This document shows, one piece after another, positions 41,608 to 51,807 of a DNA stretch of 64,000 nucleotides. A program made the position numbers and the translations under genes. The first letter of the stretch is position 1. Every line of letters begins with the position of its first letter. This DNA is from an uncultured Pseudomonadota bacterium (lineage in GTDB: Bacteria > Oederibacteriota > Muellerivitia > Muellerivitales > Muellerivitaceae). The notes below the pieces were generated by a model. That model was not told the DNA's origin, did not search any database, and worked only from the letters and a program-made list of their open reading frames with translations. The stretch covers positions 160,001 through 224,000 of the forward strand of contig CAWIIP010000005.1 in assembly GCA_963836235.1 (NCBI GenBank), written 5' to 3'.

Positions 41608-42804
41608 TCAATAAGAAACTTCCGACAAGATGATTGTTCTTAAGTACTCCGTTTCCGGTATAGATACATTAATGGGATGGTCCTGGGGTTGGGTCAGGCG
41701 TTCCACGAGACGGAAGGATCTTCCCGATTCTTCCACCGCGTCCCGGGTCACTCCTTCCAAAAGTGTCCATGAAAAATGATGGGAACAAGTACCGACCACC
41801 ACAAATCCACCGGGATTCAACATATCCAATGAATGGCCCAAAAGGCTCTTGAGGGCGGTTCGGGCCGTCGGTAAATCATGGACGCTTTTGGCCATGGGCG
41901 GCGGATCCAAAATGATGCCGTCGAACACATGGCCGCCTTTTTTGAACTCCTTGAAAGCCCGGAAGCTGTCGCCCTTCTCGAATCGGATTTTATTTTCCAC
42001 GCCGTTTCGTTTGGCGTTTTCAGCCGCCTCGTCCAATGCCCCCTGGGACGAGTCCATCGCCAGGACATCCTTAGCACCGCCCAAAGCCGCTTGGATGGAA
42101 ACCGCGCCCGTGTAGCTAAAAGCATCCAGTAGGGTCTTGCCCGCGCTCAACTCTTGAATCCGGCGTCGCGCCTCTCGGAAATCCAGGTAGAACCCGGTCT
42201 TCTGTCCTTGGTCGGGCCTCGCCTGGAATTGGGCTCGTCCTTCGGTAAAAGGCATCGGCAGTTTTCCCGGTTCGGTCAGCCAACCTTGGAATTCCGGCAT
42301 CCCTTCCTTTTGGCAAATCTCTCCTACGCTCTTTTCATACACGTGCTTGTAGCCGTTTTCTTGAAGAGTCTTGGAAATTATCGGCATAAAAGGTTTAAGC
42401 CCCCCGCTGAAACAGGACAACACCACCTGATTCTCCCCAAAAGCGTCCGCGATAATTCCGGGAAGACCGTCACCCTCGCCAAACAACAACCGCAAACCGT
42501 TGGTCTGATATTTTTCCTGAAAACCCTTACGAACCGTCAGGGCTTTTTGAACCCGGCCCGCGATAAAAGCCTCATCCAGTTCCTGGTCAAAATCGCGTGT
42601 CAAGAGACGGATAAGTATTTTGGATGTGGGGCTGGCCACCCCGCGCCCAATCGGCTGGCTTTTTGAGGTCATCACTTCCACTAAGGTTCCCGGCGCGAGG
42701 GATTTGGGGGCCTTGTCCACTTCGTTGGCGAATACCCAAGGATGTCCGGCCAGAAGCCGGTCTTCCTCTTTTGGTTTAAGTTTTACTCTGATATAGGATA
42801 GCAA
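41608..42804 (-). CDS. RlmI-like class I SAM-dependent rRNA methyltransferase
   Basis: PUA-like GHPWVFANE, GEGDGLPGIIAD, GQKTGFYLD, FSYTG, ILDPP. Start approximate. Confidence 0.88.
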   Translation of the reverse strand: MLSYIRVKLKPKEEDRLLAGHPWVFANEVDKAPKSLAPGTLVEVMTSKSQPIGRGVASPTSKILIRLLTRDFDQELDEAFIAGRVQKALTVRKGFQEKYQTNGLRLLFGEGDGLPGIIADAFGENQVVLSCFSGGLKPFMPIISKTLQENGYKHVYEKSVGEICQKEGMPEFQGWLTEPGKLPMPFTEGRAQFQARPDQGQKTGFYLDFREARRRIQELSAGKTLLDAFSYTGAVSIQAALGGAKDVLAMDSSQGALDEAAENAKRNGVENKIRFEKGDSFRAFKEFKKGGHVFDGIILDPPPMAKSVHDLPTARTALKSLLGHSLDMLNPGGFVVVGTCSHHFSWTLLEGVTRDAVEESGRSFRLVERLTQPQDHPINVSIPETEYLRTIILSEVSY

Positions 42805-42900
42805 TGACAACCCCTTTGATCCGCCTATTAACGCCGATTTTCGCCGGCGAAAATAACCTTGCGAATATTCCGTCAAATTTGCGGTTTATTTTTTTGGAAA

Positions 42901-43542
42901 TCAGAAATTGAAAGAAACGGCCACCGGCGAAGGATGAAAAGCCTGCGCGATTTGAAGTTTAATCGGGTCCTGTAACCAAGCCTCACGTTGTTTCGAGAAA
43001 TCACTTTGCGCCCTCTGGTCCACCTCAAAATCCCGCGGCATGATGAGGGCTCCCACCGCGATACCCACACCCAGTCCCACTGCCCCTCCGATAAACATAT
43101 TGGGAGTCAAATTGTTATTGTTCCCACTGAACTCGTAAGTAAGAAAAAGCCCCAACCCCAACCCGGTGATGCCGGAAACAATAAGTACTTGGGCCTTCGC
43201 CCCGCTATTGACTCCTGGACCTTTGTCTTGATTGTCCTTGTCCTGATAATCCCTTCTCTTGGAATCCTTAGCTAGATCGTCCGCCCAATCAAATAGGCCG
43301 AAATGGTCGGGGCGGCGCTTGACCTCATCGGGATTATTGCCGTTGTCGCTATCATCCTCCCAATAAAGGGCGTGAGCTTTGGGGATAAAAAGCGGACAGG
43401 TAAAACCAGCCAATTGCAAAGCCAGGGCGAAAAGGAAAATTTTTCTGAGAAAAGAACGGTTTAAGAGCATGGGCCAAATTATACCTTTAAACATTATGAA
43501 TAAAAGCGCAAAACAACCGGTAAAAAGGATGCCTAACTCCAT
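42901..43542 (-). CDS. Hypothetical exported/membrane protein with glycine-zipper-like helices
   Basis: Signal-like segment ending AHA; GLGLGL and GGAVGLGVGIAVGA segments. True start probably downstream. Confidence 0.6.
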   Translation of the reverse strand: MELGILFTGCFALLFIMFKGIIWPMLLNRSFLRKIFLFALALQLAGFTCPLFIPKAHALYWEDDSDNGNNPDEVKRRPDHFGLFDWADDLAKDSKRRDYQDKDNQDKGPGVNSGAKAQVLIVSGITGLGLGLFLTYEFSGNNNNLTPNMFIGGAVGLGVGIAVGALIMPRDFEVDQRAQSDFSKQREAWLQDPIKLQIAQAFHPSPVAVSFNF

Positions 43543-43597
43543 TCCAAATTACCTAAATATATCAGGAGGATTTGAAATGGCATCGGATGGATGGCGA

Positions 43598-44626
43598 TTA
43601 ATAACTATTGGGTCCGAATATCTGGAAATTACCAGCGCCACTGTCATAATCGGCCACGTAAATATTGCCGCTAAATAAAAGTACCGCGAGCGGCCCGGCG
43701 AAAGGCGTGGAACCCGTCTGCTGGCCGTTCATTTCGCCGATGAGGGTCCCGCTGTTGCTGTAAACCTCAACAAGGTTGTTAGTGTAATCGGCGACAAAGA
43801 CATTATTGTTCGAATCGATGGCCAATCCATAAAAAGGCGAAGTAAGATTGTCCGAAGGAATAATCGGCCAACTGATGGGGGTGCCAGTTATGGATGAAAG
43901 TTTCCAAACTAAGAAATTGCCCGCATCGACGACATAAATGTTGTTACTGGCATCCAATGCCACCGCGGCAGGATAGAAATAATTGTTATTATTATCGCTC
44001 CACTCACCCGTCGTTACTCCGCCGGAACCAAATTCCTCAACTTCAAAATTGCCAGAGTCCGCCACATAAACATTCCCGTTGGAATCCAGCGCGATTCCCG
44101 AAGGAAATTCAAAAGGTCTGCCCCCATATCCAGACCACGCGGTTGTCCCGGTAGGCGCTGCCGTAGAACCGAACTCATAAACCGCAGAGCCGCTGGTTGC
44201 GGTGTCCTGGATGTTGGGAATACCCTCATCGAGCACATAAACTGATCCTGTCGTTTGATTGACGGTAACCCCCACAGGCACCTTGAAAGAAGTGCTTGCA
44301 TATCCCGTCCATTGGGTCACAGCCAAGTTGGTGCTATTGTTAAGAAGTTGTACTTGACTGACGGACGCTCCATCCCCTTCGGCCACATAAATAAATCCAT
44401 TTCCTTGAGCCAATCCGTTCGGCGCGTCACTACCCCACTCGGATATAAAAGCCGGCGTAGGGGATAAAGTTGCGGCCACCGTGGGATAAGTCGTAGGGGT
44501 GGCGGTCGGAACCTCGGCTCCTCGTCCACTCGTTCCATTGGGGCTGGAAGGCGTGGAACTGTTATTACAAGACCAGGAAAGAAAACCGCCTAAAACCAAA
44601 AAAATGGAAAATAATATTTTTTTCAT
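43598..44626 (-). CDS. NHL-repeat beta-propeller lipoprotein
   Basis: Lipobox-like LSWSC; repeats PSGIALDSNGNVYVAD, PAAVALDASNNIYVVD, GLAIDSNNNVFVAD. Confidence 0.85.
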   Translation of the reverse strand: MKKILFSIFLVLGGFLSWSCNNSSTPSSPNGTSGRGAEVPTATPTTYPTVAATLSPTPAFISEWGSDAPNGLAQGNGFIYVAEGDGASVSQVQLLNNSTNLAVTQWTGYASTSFKVPVGVTVNQTTGSVYVLDEGIPNIQDTATSGSAVYEFGSTAAPTGTTAWSGYGGRPFEFPSGIALDSNGNVYVADSGNFEVEEFGSGGVTTGEWSDNNNNYFYPAAVALDASNNIYVVDAGNFLVWKLSSITGTPISWPIIPSDNLTSPFYGLAIDSNNNVFVADYTNNLVEVYSNSGTLIGEMNGQQTGSTPFAGPLAVLLFSGNIYVADYDSGAGNFQIFGPNSY

Positions 44627-44808
44627 CACAAGCCCTCCAAAAAAAATTAGCAATAAAAAAGGTGTCCTATTTAGACGATACTGAGGGTTCGAATGTTACG
44701 CCCAAGAAAAAACGAATGGAACTAAGCCAATCCGAGAAGAATTTGGTTTCTTAGCAATGTTTTTGAAACATATTAATTACGTTTTTTACCACTTTGATGC
44801 CGAAAGTT

Positions 44809-45834
44809 TTATTTCCCCATCTCAAACAATTCGAATGTACCGGCAACAATCTTGCGGTGGGCTTTAGGATGATCCGGTGGGGGCGTGGAGGAAGGCTCAA
44901 ATTGGGCTGCGGGCAGAAAGACATGTCCCGTCTGGCTGTCCACCGCCAAATTCCGTGAGCCGGGTTGGGTGTTGACACTTTCCACAAGGCGATAGTGGTC
45001 AGGGGAATCCTCCTGAAATACGGTCATGGTACCGTCGGCGCAGGAGTTATATATTGTTTGCGATTCATGGTTGAAAGCAGTGGTGTCTACCCCCTTTCCA
45101 ATGGAAAAAGTTTGGATCACCTTTCCGTTTTGGGCGTCCATGACGACCATATTCCCATTACGGCATCCGATAAAGAGCCGGCCGTTTTCCCGGTCCATCG
45201 CCAAACTGGAGGGGGATTCCCCCGGCGACACTGGCCAGCGCTTTAGAATCTTCGCATTTTTGGCGTCAATTTCGACCACTTCACTCTTATCCACTAAGTT
45301 GTCGTAAACATGGCCCAGTCCATCGGCTACCGCGAATTCGGGTTTTCCCCCCAGGTTCAAGGTAGCTAATATATCCCCAGTGGCGGCATCCACCACGGTA
45401 GCCGTTCTGTCCTCGCCGTTAAAAGCGAAAACCCGGTCTGAGGTACGGTCAAAAACAATGGCATCCGGATTCTGCCCCGCTTTGATTTCACCTATTTTTT
45501 TGAAAGTCTTCAGGTCAAACACCAGGATGGAGTTAGTGGCTCCGCTGGAAACAAATCCCCTTTCCAATTCATCGTCCCATGCCACCCCGTGGGCCTTTTG
45601 GGTTCCCTCGACGGTTCCCACCAGTTTCAAGGTGTCCATGTCCAGGACTTGAACCATAGTGTCATGGGTAACAAAAAGGCGCCTTTCATGGGTGTCGGAC
45701 TTCAGGTAGTCCCAGCCACCGTCGCCTTTGAGGTGGATCTTTTTCAGGATTTTATAACCCGAATCCTCGGCCCAGGTAAGGGTGGTGAAGCCAGCCAAAA
45801 GGAAAAAAAGCCAAGACTTTCCTTGAAACCTCAT
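44809..45834 (-). CDS. YncE-family beta-propeller protein, exported
   Basis: Signal peptide, GGWDYL, NPDAIVFD, GKPEFAVADG. Confidence 0.8.
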   Translation of the reverse strand: MRFQGKSWLFFLLAGFTTLTWAEDSGYKILKKIHLKGDGGWDYLKSDTHERRLFVTHDTMVQVLDMDTLKLVGTVEGTQKAHGVAWDDELERGFVSSGATNSILVFDLKTFKKIGEIKAGQNPDAIVFDRTSDRVFAFNGEDRTATVVDAATGDILATLNLGGKPEFAVADGLGHVYDNLVDKSEVVEIDAKNAKILKRWPVSPGESPSSLAMDRENGRLFIGCRNGNMVVMDAQNGKVIQTFSIGKGVDTTAFNHESQTIYNSCADGTMTVFQEDSPDHYRLVESVNTQPGSRNLAVDSQTGHVFLPAAQFEPSSTPPPDHPKAHRKIVAGTFELFEMGK

Positions 45835-45907
45835 GCTTTACTCCCCCCAAAAAAGATTTGCTCAATGAATTATAGACGTTTTTTGATTCTAAAGAGTGCC
45901 GGTGATT

Positions 45908-47014
45908 TCAGGAAGGCTTTTGAATGACCCCCCCACCCACCACTACATCCCCCTCGTAAAATACCGTGGATTGACCGGGAGTCACTGCCCGTGCCGGGTC
46001 CTTCAAGACAACTCGAACATGCTTAGGGCCTTCGGGATAGAGCACCGCTGGCTGTTCCAATGAACGGTAGCGGATTTTCGCCAGAACTTCCCTGGGTTCG
46101 GTGAGAGGCTCCCAGGCCACCCAATTCATTTCGGCCACGTCAAATTCTTTCACGAAGGTATCTTCTTCCCGGCCTACGATGACTTTGGCGCTATCGGGCT
46201 GTAATTCCACCACAAAATAAGGTCCACCGGAGAGGCCCAAACCCTTGCGCTGGCCGATGGTGTAGCCGGCGATTCCCTCGTGCCGGCCCAGAACCTCGCC
46301 CCCCACCGTGACAATATCGCCGGGAACGAAGGCCCGAGGCCGGTGAATCTTCACGAAATCCCGGTAGCTATGCTGGGTGACGAAACAAATTTCCATGCTT
46401 TCGGGTTTTTCGGCGGTATTCAACCCCATCGCCCGGGCCTTTTGGCGTACCTGGGGCTTGGTGATTTCCCCCAACGGGAAAAGCAAATGCGACAGTAGCT
46501 TTTGGGTGAGTTTATAAAGAACGTAGCTTTGGTCCTTATCCGGGTCGGCGGCCTTTCGGAGGCGAAAACGGCCCGTTGTCGGATCCTGATCCACCTTGGC
46601 GTAATGGCCGGTGGCCATCTTTTCGCAACCCAGGGTTAAGGCTTGTTGGAGCAAAAGGGGGAGCTTGGCGAAACGGTTGCATTCCACGCAAGGATTGGGG
46701 GTCAAACCTTGCTCATACTCATCCAGGAATCGGTCCACGACGTTAGCTTTGAAAACATCCAATCCTTCATTGACGTAATGGGGCACGCCCAGTTTCAAGG
46801 CCACGTCCCGCGCGTCCTGGATATCCTCAATTGAACAACAACGTTGGCCCTTGGGCTCAACGGTCTTCACGCTCACGGCTCCATTTTCACCAGGGGTAAT
46901 CTCACAGGGTAAAATTTTAAGGGTCAGCCCCACCACCTCATGGCCCTGCTCTTTCAACAGGCCCAAAACAGTGGAGGAATCTACCCCTCCGCTCATCGCG
47001 ACGCCAATCTTCAT
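45908..47014 (-). CDS. mnmA: tRNA 2-thiouridine(34) synthase
   Basis: AMSGGVDSS, TPNPCVECN, ATGHYA, KDQSYVL, ESMEICF, TIGQRKGLG, VTPGQ. Confidence 0.97.
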   Translation of the reverse strand: MKIGVAMSGGVDSSTVLGLLKEQGHEVVGLTLKILPCEITPGENGAVSVKTVEPKGQRCCSIEDIQDARDVALKLGVPHYVNEGLDVFKANVVDRFLDEYEQGLTPNPCVECNRFAKLPLLLQQALTLGCEKMATGHYAKVDQDPTTGRFRLRKAADPDKDQSYVLYKLTQKLLSHLLFPLGEITKPQVRQKARAMGLNTAEKPESMEICFVTQHSYRDFVKIHRPRAFVPGDIVTVGGEVLGRHEGIAGYTIGQRKGLGLSGGPYFVVELQPDSAKVIVGREEDTFVKEFDVAEMNWVAWEPLTEPREVLAKIRYRSLEQPAVLYPEGPKHVRVVLKDPARAVTPGQSTVFYEGDVVVGGGVIQKPS

Positions 47015-48183
47015 GACTTTACCATTTCCCTTAAAGCCTTCACGGCCTTCTCGATTTCTATTTCGGTGTTGTAATATCCAAAGCTAAACCGTACCGTTCC
47101 GATCGGATAGGTTCCGATGGTCCGGTGGGCCAAGGGGGCGCAGTGTAATCCCACCCGGGTCATGATTCCATACTTCTCGTCCAATTCATAACCCACTTCG
47201 GAAGGATCTTTACCCTCGATATTCAAGGAAACGACTGCCACTCTTTCTTTTTCGGCGCCGGAGGGAAGGCCATAAAGCTTGATTCCCTTTATCTTTTCAA
47301 TTTCCTTTAAGAACAGGGCGGTTAGTGCTTCTTCTTTTTTTCGAACCGCTTGGACGCTCGTTTTAAGCAAAAAATCCACCGATGCCTTAAGACCCGCCAA
47401 ACCCCAATAGTTCTGAGTTCCGCTTTCAAACTTGTCAGGCCATTGGGCGGGTTGTTCTTCCTTATCACTATTGGAACCCGTGCCCCCTTCGATAAAAGAA
47501 TCCAGGTTCCATTTGGATGAAACGGCTAAACCACCCGTACCTGGGGGCCCCATCAATCCTTTGTGGCCGGTGAAACAAAGAAAGTCGATATTCATGGCCT
47601 GCATATCGATAGGAACGACTCCCGCGGTTTGGGCCGCGTCCACCAGGAAAGCCACCCCCTTCTTAGCGCAAAGCGCCCCCACTTCCTCCACCGGGCTCAG
47701 ATTACCGCTGACGTTGGAAGCATGGACCAAACAAACCATCTTGGTGTTGAGTTTAAAGGCTTGTTCAAAATCATAAGGATTCAGGCGTCCCAGGCTATTC
47801 GCGGGAACGACCGTATATTCAATGCCCCGGGAGGCCTTGAGCTTGTTCAAGGGCCGGATGACTGCGTTGTGCTCCATGCCGGACAAAACCACATGGTCCC
47901 CACTCTTCAGGAAGCCCTTTAAAGCCGTGTTAATGGCTTCCGTCACGTTCTTCATATAAAGAATGCGATCGGATCGCTGAATGTGGAAGAGCTTGGCTAA
48001 TGACGCGCGCGTTCCATATATCAACTCATTGGCCGCGATACCCGGGCGGTAAGTTCCGCGTCCGTGGGAAACCCCCACTTCGGTGGCGAACTGAACCAGT
48101 GCCTTCAGCACCTGCGGCGGCTTTTGCCGGGTCGTCGCCGCGCAATCAAGATAGATTTCTTTTCGCTTGGTCTTCTTTTTCAT
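47011..48183 (-). CDS. Cysteine desulfurase (class V PLP aminotransferase)
   Basis: YLDCAATT, MEHNAV, VDAAQTAG, FTGHKGL, RVGLHCAP; overlaps the mnmA start. Confidence 0.92.
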   Translation of the reverse strand: MKKKTKRKEIYLDCAATTRQKPPQVLKALVQFATEVGVSHGRGTYRPGIAANELIYGTRASLAKLFHIQRSDRILYMKNVTEAINTALKGFLKSGDHVVLSGMEHNAVIRPLNKLKASRGIEYTVVPANSLGRLNPYDFEQAFKLNTKMVCLVHASNVSGNLSPVEEVGALCAKKGVAFLVDAAQTAGVVPIDMQAMNIDFLCFTGHKGLMGPPGTGGLAVSSKWNLDSFIEGGTGSNSDKEEQPAQWPDKFESGTQNYWGLAGLKASVDFLLKTSVQAVRKKEEALTALFLKEIEKIKGIKLYGLPSGAEKERVAVVSLNIEGKDPSEVGYELDEKYGIMTRVGLHCAPLAHRTIGTYPIGTVRFSFGYYNTEIEIEKAVKALREMVKS

Positions 48184-48230
48184 GAGGCCTGATTCTAACA
48201 TCAAAGGAAAGCTTTTACAGGACGGGCCTT

Positions 48231-48261
48231 AAAAACAAAAAAGGCGGACCAAAGGCCGCCT
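48231..48261 (-). terminator. Probable intrinsic terminator after the bactofilin gene
   Basis: Minus strand AGGCGG...CCGCCT hairpin followed by a T-rich run. Confidence 0.55.
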
Positions 48262-48309
48262 GCCGCCATTTAAAACCAAGAGTTGAAAACTCGAAATCAC
48301 CTTTAAGAT

Positions 48310-48702
48310 TTAGTTCTCTTTTGCTTTCTGGATATCCACCACTTTACTCGTTTCTTCCATCTGACAATTCCCGTCAAACGTCGCCCCGTCCTCAATGACG
48401 ATGACAGGTGCCGAAATATCACCTTCTACCTCGGCGGAGCTTTGGATTTCCAAACGTTGGGAGGCGCGGATATTGCCTTTCACCTTGCCGCTGATCAGGA
48501 TGGACTTGCCCATCAGGTTACCCCGGACCATGCCTTTGTCACCCACAATCACGCCATCCTCGCTGGTAACGTTGCCATAGATTTCACCATCCACACGGAT
48601 ACTGTGCTTGGAGTTATAACTTCCCCGCAAGGAAGCCTCTTGGCCGATTACGGTATCGACACGGCCCATGGGTTTCGAATCCCCGAACCCGAACAAACCC
48701 AT
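48310..48702 (-). CDS. Bactofilin (polymer-forming cytoskeletal protein)
   Basis: TVIG...IRVDGEIYGNV...ISGKVKGNI...VEGDI...IEDGATFDGNC. Confidence 0.9.
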   Translation of the reverse strand: MGLFGFGDSKPMGRVDTVIGQEASLRGSYNSKHSIRVDGEIYGNVTSEDGVIVGDKGMVRGNLMGKSILISGKVKGNIRASQRLEIQSSAEVEGDISAPVIVIEDGATFDGNCQMEETSKVVDIQKAKEN

Positions 48703-48734
48703 ATCGACCTCCGGACAATTGTAAATTCTCTAAT

Positions 48735-49786
48735 CCCCAGTTCAATAGCGAAGTGCAACACTTAGCCCCGGCAGAATCCGGGGGTTATCCTAAGTTTTAT
48801 GAAACAATCCTACAAGCACCTGTCGTTGGCCGAACGTGAAGAAATCGCAGTTTGGAAGGCAGAAGGCCTCTCCATACGAGAAATCGCCCGACGCCTCGAA
48901 CGTGATGTGTCCAGTGTTTCCCGAGAGTTGAAGCGTAACGCACCACCTTTACGTCCTGGCCGTTATCTACCAGCTCGGGCTCACCTGCGATCTACCCAGC
49001 GTAACCAACTCTCTCGGACCCATCTGCGTCTCAAAAAACCAGGGATCCGACAACATGTTTTGCGTAAGCTTCATCAGGGGTTTTCTCCCGAACAAATTGC
49101 TGGTCAGCTTCGCCTTGAGAACTCCAAACTATTCATTTCCCACGAGGCCGTCTACCAGTTCATTTATTCCGAAGCCCGAAACCTCATCCCTCTCTTGGCT
49201 CGTTCCCATCGAAAGCGGCTTCGCCGATGGCATTCGCACAAACATCGAAAAAGCCATATTCCAGAACGAACTCCGATCACTCAACGACCCGCCATCGTGC
49301 AGACGCGGCGTCAATTTGGTCACTGGGAAGCGGACACCATCATCTCCAGAAAAAGTAAAGCCTCCCTTTTGGTGATGGTCGAACGAAAAAGCCGCCTCGT
49401 GAAACTCGCCTGGTTGCCTCAAAAGTCCGCTTCGAAAACACGAGCAGCTATCAATCGACGGCTCACCCTCTTTCCGAAGGGGTTGCGCCGGACCATTACT
49501 TACGACAACGGCTCTGAAAACATCGAGCATCTTCAAGTTAACAATCTCTTAGGAACCCGTTCCTTTTTCTGTCTTCCTTTCCACAGTTGGGAAAAGGGAA
49601 CCGTCGAAAACACTAATGGTTTGGTGCGGCGCTTCTATCCAAAGAAAACCGATTTTGCTACCATAACTCCAGCGAACGTGCGACGTGTGGAGCGGGCTCT
49701 CAACAGCCGTCCACGCAAGTGCCTTCGCTTCAAAACGCCGGAGCAGGTCTTTCGTCTAGGTGTTGCACTTACTGGTTGAATTCAGC
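48735..49786 (+). mobile_element. IS30-family insertion sequence with imperfect terminal inverted repeats and a 3-bp AAT direct repeat
   Basis: Left end CCCCAGTTCAATAGCGAAGTGCAACAC versus reverse-complemented right end GCTGAATTCAACCAGTAAGTGCAACAC; AAT at 48732-48734 and 49787-49789. Confidence 0.88.
48799..49779 (+). CDS. IS30-family transposase
   Basis: N-terminal HTH (YKHLSLAEREEI...SVSRELKRN), DDE residues in GHWEADT, TYDNGSE and WEKGTVENTNG, RPRKCL tail. Confidence 0.96.
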   Translation: MKQSYKHLSLAEREEIAVWKAEGLSIREIARRLERDVSSVSRELKRNAPPLRPGRYLPARAHLRSTQRNQLSRTHLRLKKPGIRQHVLRKLHQGFSPEQIAGQLRLENSKLFISHEAVYQFIYSEARNLIPLLARSHRKRLRRWHSHKHRKSHIPERTPITQRPAIVQTRRQFGHWEADTIISRKSKASLLVMVERKSRLVKLAWLPQKSASKTRAAINRRLTLFPKGLRRTITYDNGSENIEHLQVNNLLGTRSFFCLPFHSWEKGTVENTNGLVRRFYPKKTDFATITPANVRRVERALNSRPRKCLRFKTPEQVFRLGVALTG

Positions 49787-49846
49787 AATTTAAATTTTGA
49801 ATGGTTGTTATTGCTGCTTCGTGGAAATTTCCACAATAAAAAATTA

Positions 49847-50767
49847 CTAATCGACCTTCGGCAGGTACTTTTCCGGGTCCACCGGCATCCCGTGAATACG
49901 GACTTCATAATGAACGTGGCTTCCCGTGCTGCGGCCGGTCGATCCGACATAACCGATGATCTTCCCCCGTTCAACTTCGTCCCCCACCTTCACGTCGATG
50001 CGGGCGCAATGGCCGTAACGGGTGCTGTAGCCGTAACCATGCTCAATCGCGATCAAACGGCCGTAACCCGACTCCCAACCGGCATAAGTCACAATACCGT
50101 CCGCCGTGGCGCGGATCGGGGTATTGACCTCATTGGCGATATCAACCCCCATGTGCCGGCCCGGTTCCCCGGTTAAAGGCGAGGCCCGCTTACCGAAACC
50201 GGAAGTAATCCATCCCTTGACGGGCCAGATGGAAGGCGTGGCCGCCAGGATGGAACGTTGTTTGTCGAGGAAGACGCTGATTTCCTTGAAACTGGCTTCC
50301 TGCTGGGTGGCCTGCTGGTTGGTCAGTTTTAAATTGGAGTTTACTTTGTGCATCAACTGGTCGTTTTTTTCCTGAAGCAATTGGGAAAAGCGGGCGGAAT
50401 CTTCTTCGGTGGGGCCGCCCATTCCATCGAATTGGGAAACAACTTCCTTGCGGTCTCCCAGCTTTAAGAGCTTCCGAAACTGGGAATCCACAGCCGACAT
50501 CCGGGTCAGAAGAGTGCGGTTGGTTTCCAACTCGTCCATAATTTCCCGCATGTTGTCCTTGAACCGCTGTTGGGTCAACTCCGCCAATTGGTAATTCACA
50601 TCCTTGGCCACGACCATTGCCGCCCAAGTTAACAAACCGCCAAGCACCAAAACCATTGTATGCAGCATGAAGAGATTGGTCTTAATTTGAACGGGTTTGC
50701 CGCCATCATGGGGAACAATCATGAAGGTCATCTTTTTCTTAAAGTAGGAGCGAAACCGATGGGACAT
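49847..50767 (-). CDS. M23 family metallopeptidase (TM, coiled coil, LytM domain)
   Basis: TPSIWPVKG, HMGVD (HxxxD), TRYGH, GRSTGSHVHYEV (HxH). Confidence 0.93.
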   Translation of the reverse strand: MSHRFRSYFKKKMTFMIVPHDGGKPVQIKTNLFMLHTMVLVLGGLLTWAAMVVAKDVNYQLAELTQQRFKDNMREIMDELETNRTLLTRMSAVDSQFRKLLKLGDRKEVVSQFDGMGGPTEEDSARFSQLLQEKNDQLMHKVNSNLKLTNQQATQQEASFKEISVFLDKQRSILAATPSIWPVKGWITSGFGKRASPLTGEPGRHMGVDIANEVNTPIRATADGIVTYAGWESGYGRLIAIEHGYGYSTRYGHCARIDVKVGDEVERGKIIGYVGSTGRSTGSHVHYEVRIHGMPVDPEKYLPKVD

Positions 50768-50978
50768 GCGATGAACCTTTTTAAAATTGTTTTTATGTCA
50801 GAGCAAGTAAACCTAACTTGCCTTGTTTAAAAGGGCCAGTCGATGGGCCGCTTTCCTTATAACGATCAAACACCTTATTTCCTGATGCTTTTAAAATAAG
50901 GGCGCTACGGAACCCTGTCAATTATTAATGGGGGGGTGCGGGGTTAAAAGGTTTACTCAATTTGGAACTAATCGGGTC

Positions 50979-51716
50979 TCAATCCACCCGCAAACCGTCG
51001 GATTGAATGAAGTTGAAAACCTTTTCAAATACAGTCTGCTTATCGTAGTCCATGGTGACTACATGGTCGGACCGGTCTAGATATAGGAGGTGTTTAACCG
51101 GGGACCCCAAGGCTTGATAGACCAAATCCCCATTCGGGGGAGGAACCATCGAGTCTTTTCGACCCTGAATGACCAAGGCTGGGACCGTGATTTGAGGCAA
51201 TTCGGCCCGAACCAAGTCCATAAACTTTTTGAGTTCATAAAGGCTCTTCGTCGCCACGTAAGGATAGGTGAGATGGGGGGGGGACTGGGGGTCCAAAATC
51301 CCGCCCGTCAGGTTGGAAGTCCGCCACTGGAGGAACCGGAAAAAAGCGATGCCGTTAAAACGGAAATCGAAAATCCGCACCGGAGCCGCCATGGAAATAA
51401 CACCCGCCACGGGTACCTGGGTGGCCAGGTGAAGGGCTTGGTCGGCTCCCATGGAAAGCCCACCCACAAAAATCTTGGAACAGCTTTGCTTCAAGTGATC
51501 GTAGGCTTCTCTCGCGCTTTGCGCCCAGTCTTGCCATGTGGTCTTTGCCAGGTCATTTGGATTGGTATCATGGCCTTTCAACCAGGGCCCCAGCACCGAA
51601 TAGCCCTTTTCAGCTAAATAGTTCCCCAAGGGCTGAACCTCGGAGGGGGTCCCGGAAAGTCCATGAAGAAGCAATATGCCCGTTTCGCTTTTTTGGGACT
51701 CAAACCCAATCTTCAT
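50979..51716 (-). CDS. Alpha/beta-hydrolase carboxylesterase
   Basis: LLLHGLSG, GLSMG nucleophile elbow, DSMV, SDH. Confidence 0.88.
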   Translation of the reverse strand: MKIGFESQKSETGILLLHGLSGTPSEVQPLGNYLAEKGYSVLGPWLKGHDTNPNDLAKTTWQDWAQSAREAYDHLKQSCSKIFVGGLSMGADQALHLATQVPVAGVISMAAPVRIFDFRFNGIAFFRFLQWRTSNLTGGILDPQSPPHLTYPYVATKSLYELKKFMDLVRAELPQITVPALVIQGRKDSMVPPPNGDLVYQALGSPVKHLLYLDRSDHVVTMDYDKQTVFEKVFNFIQSDGLRVD

Positions 51717-51807
51717 TTAACCCAACTCCTTAACAACAAATACACGGCACTACCAAAACTCTTGATATTCGCTTCTCTGTGTCTTCGCGACTCCGTGGTG
51801 AAATTGT

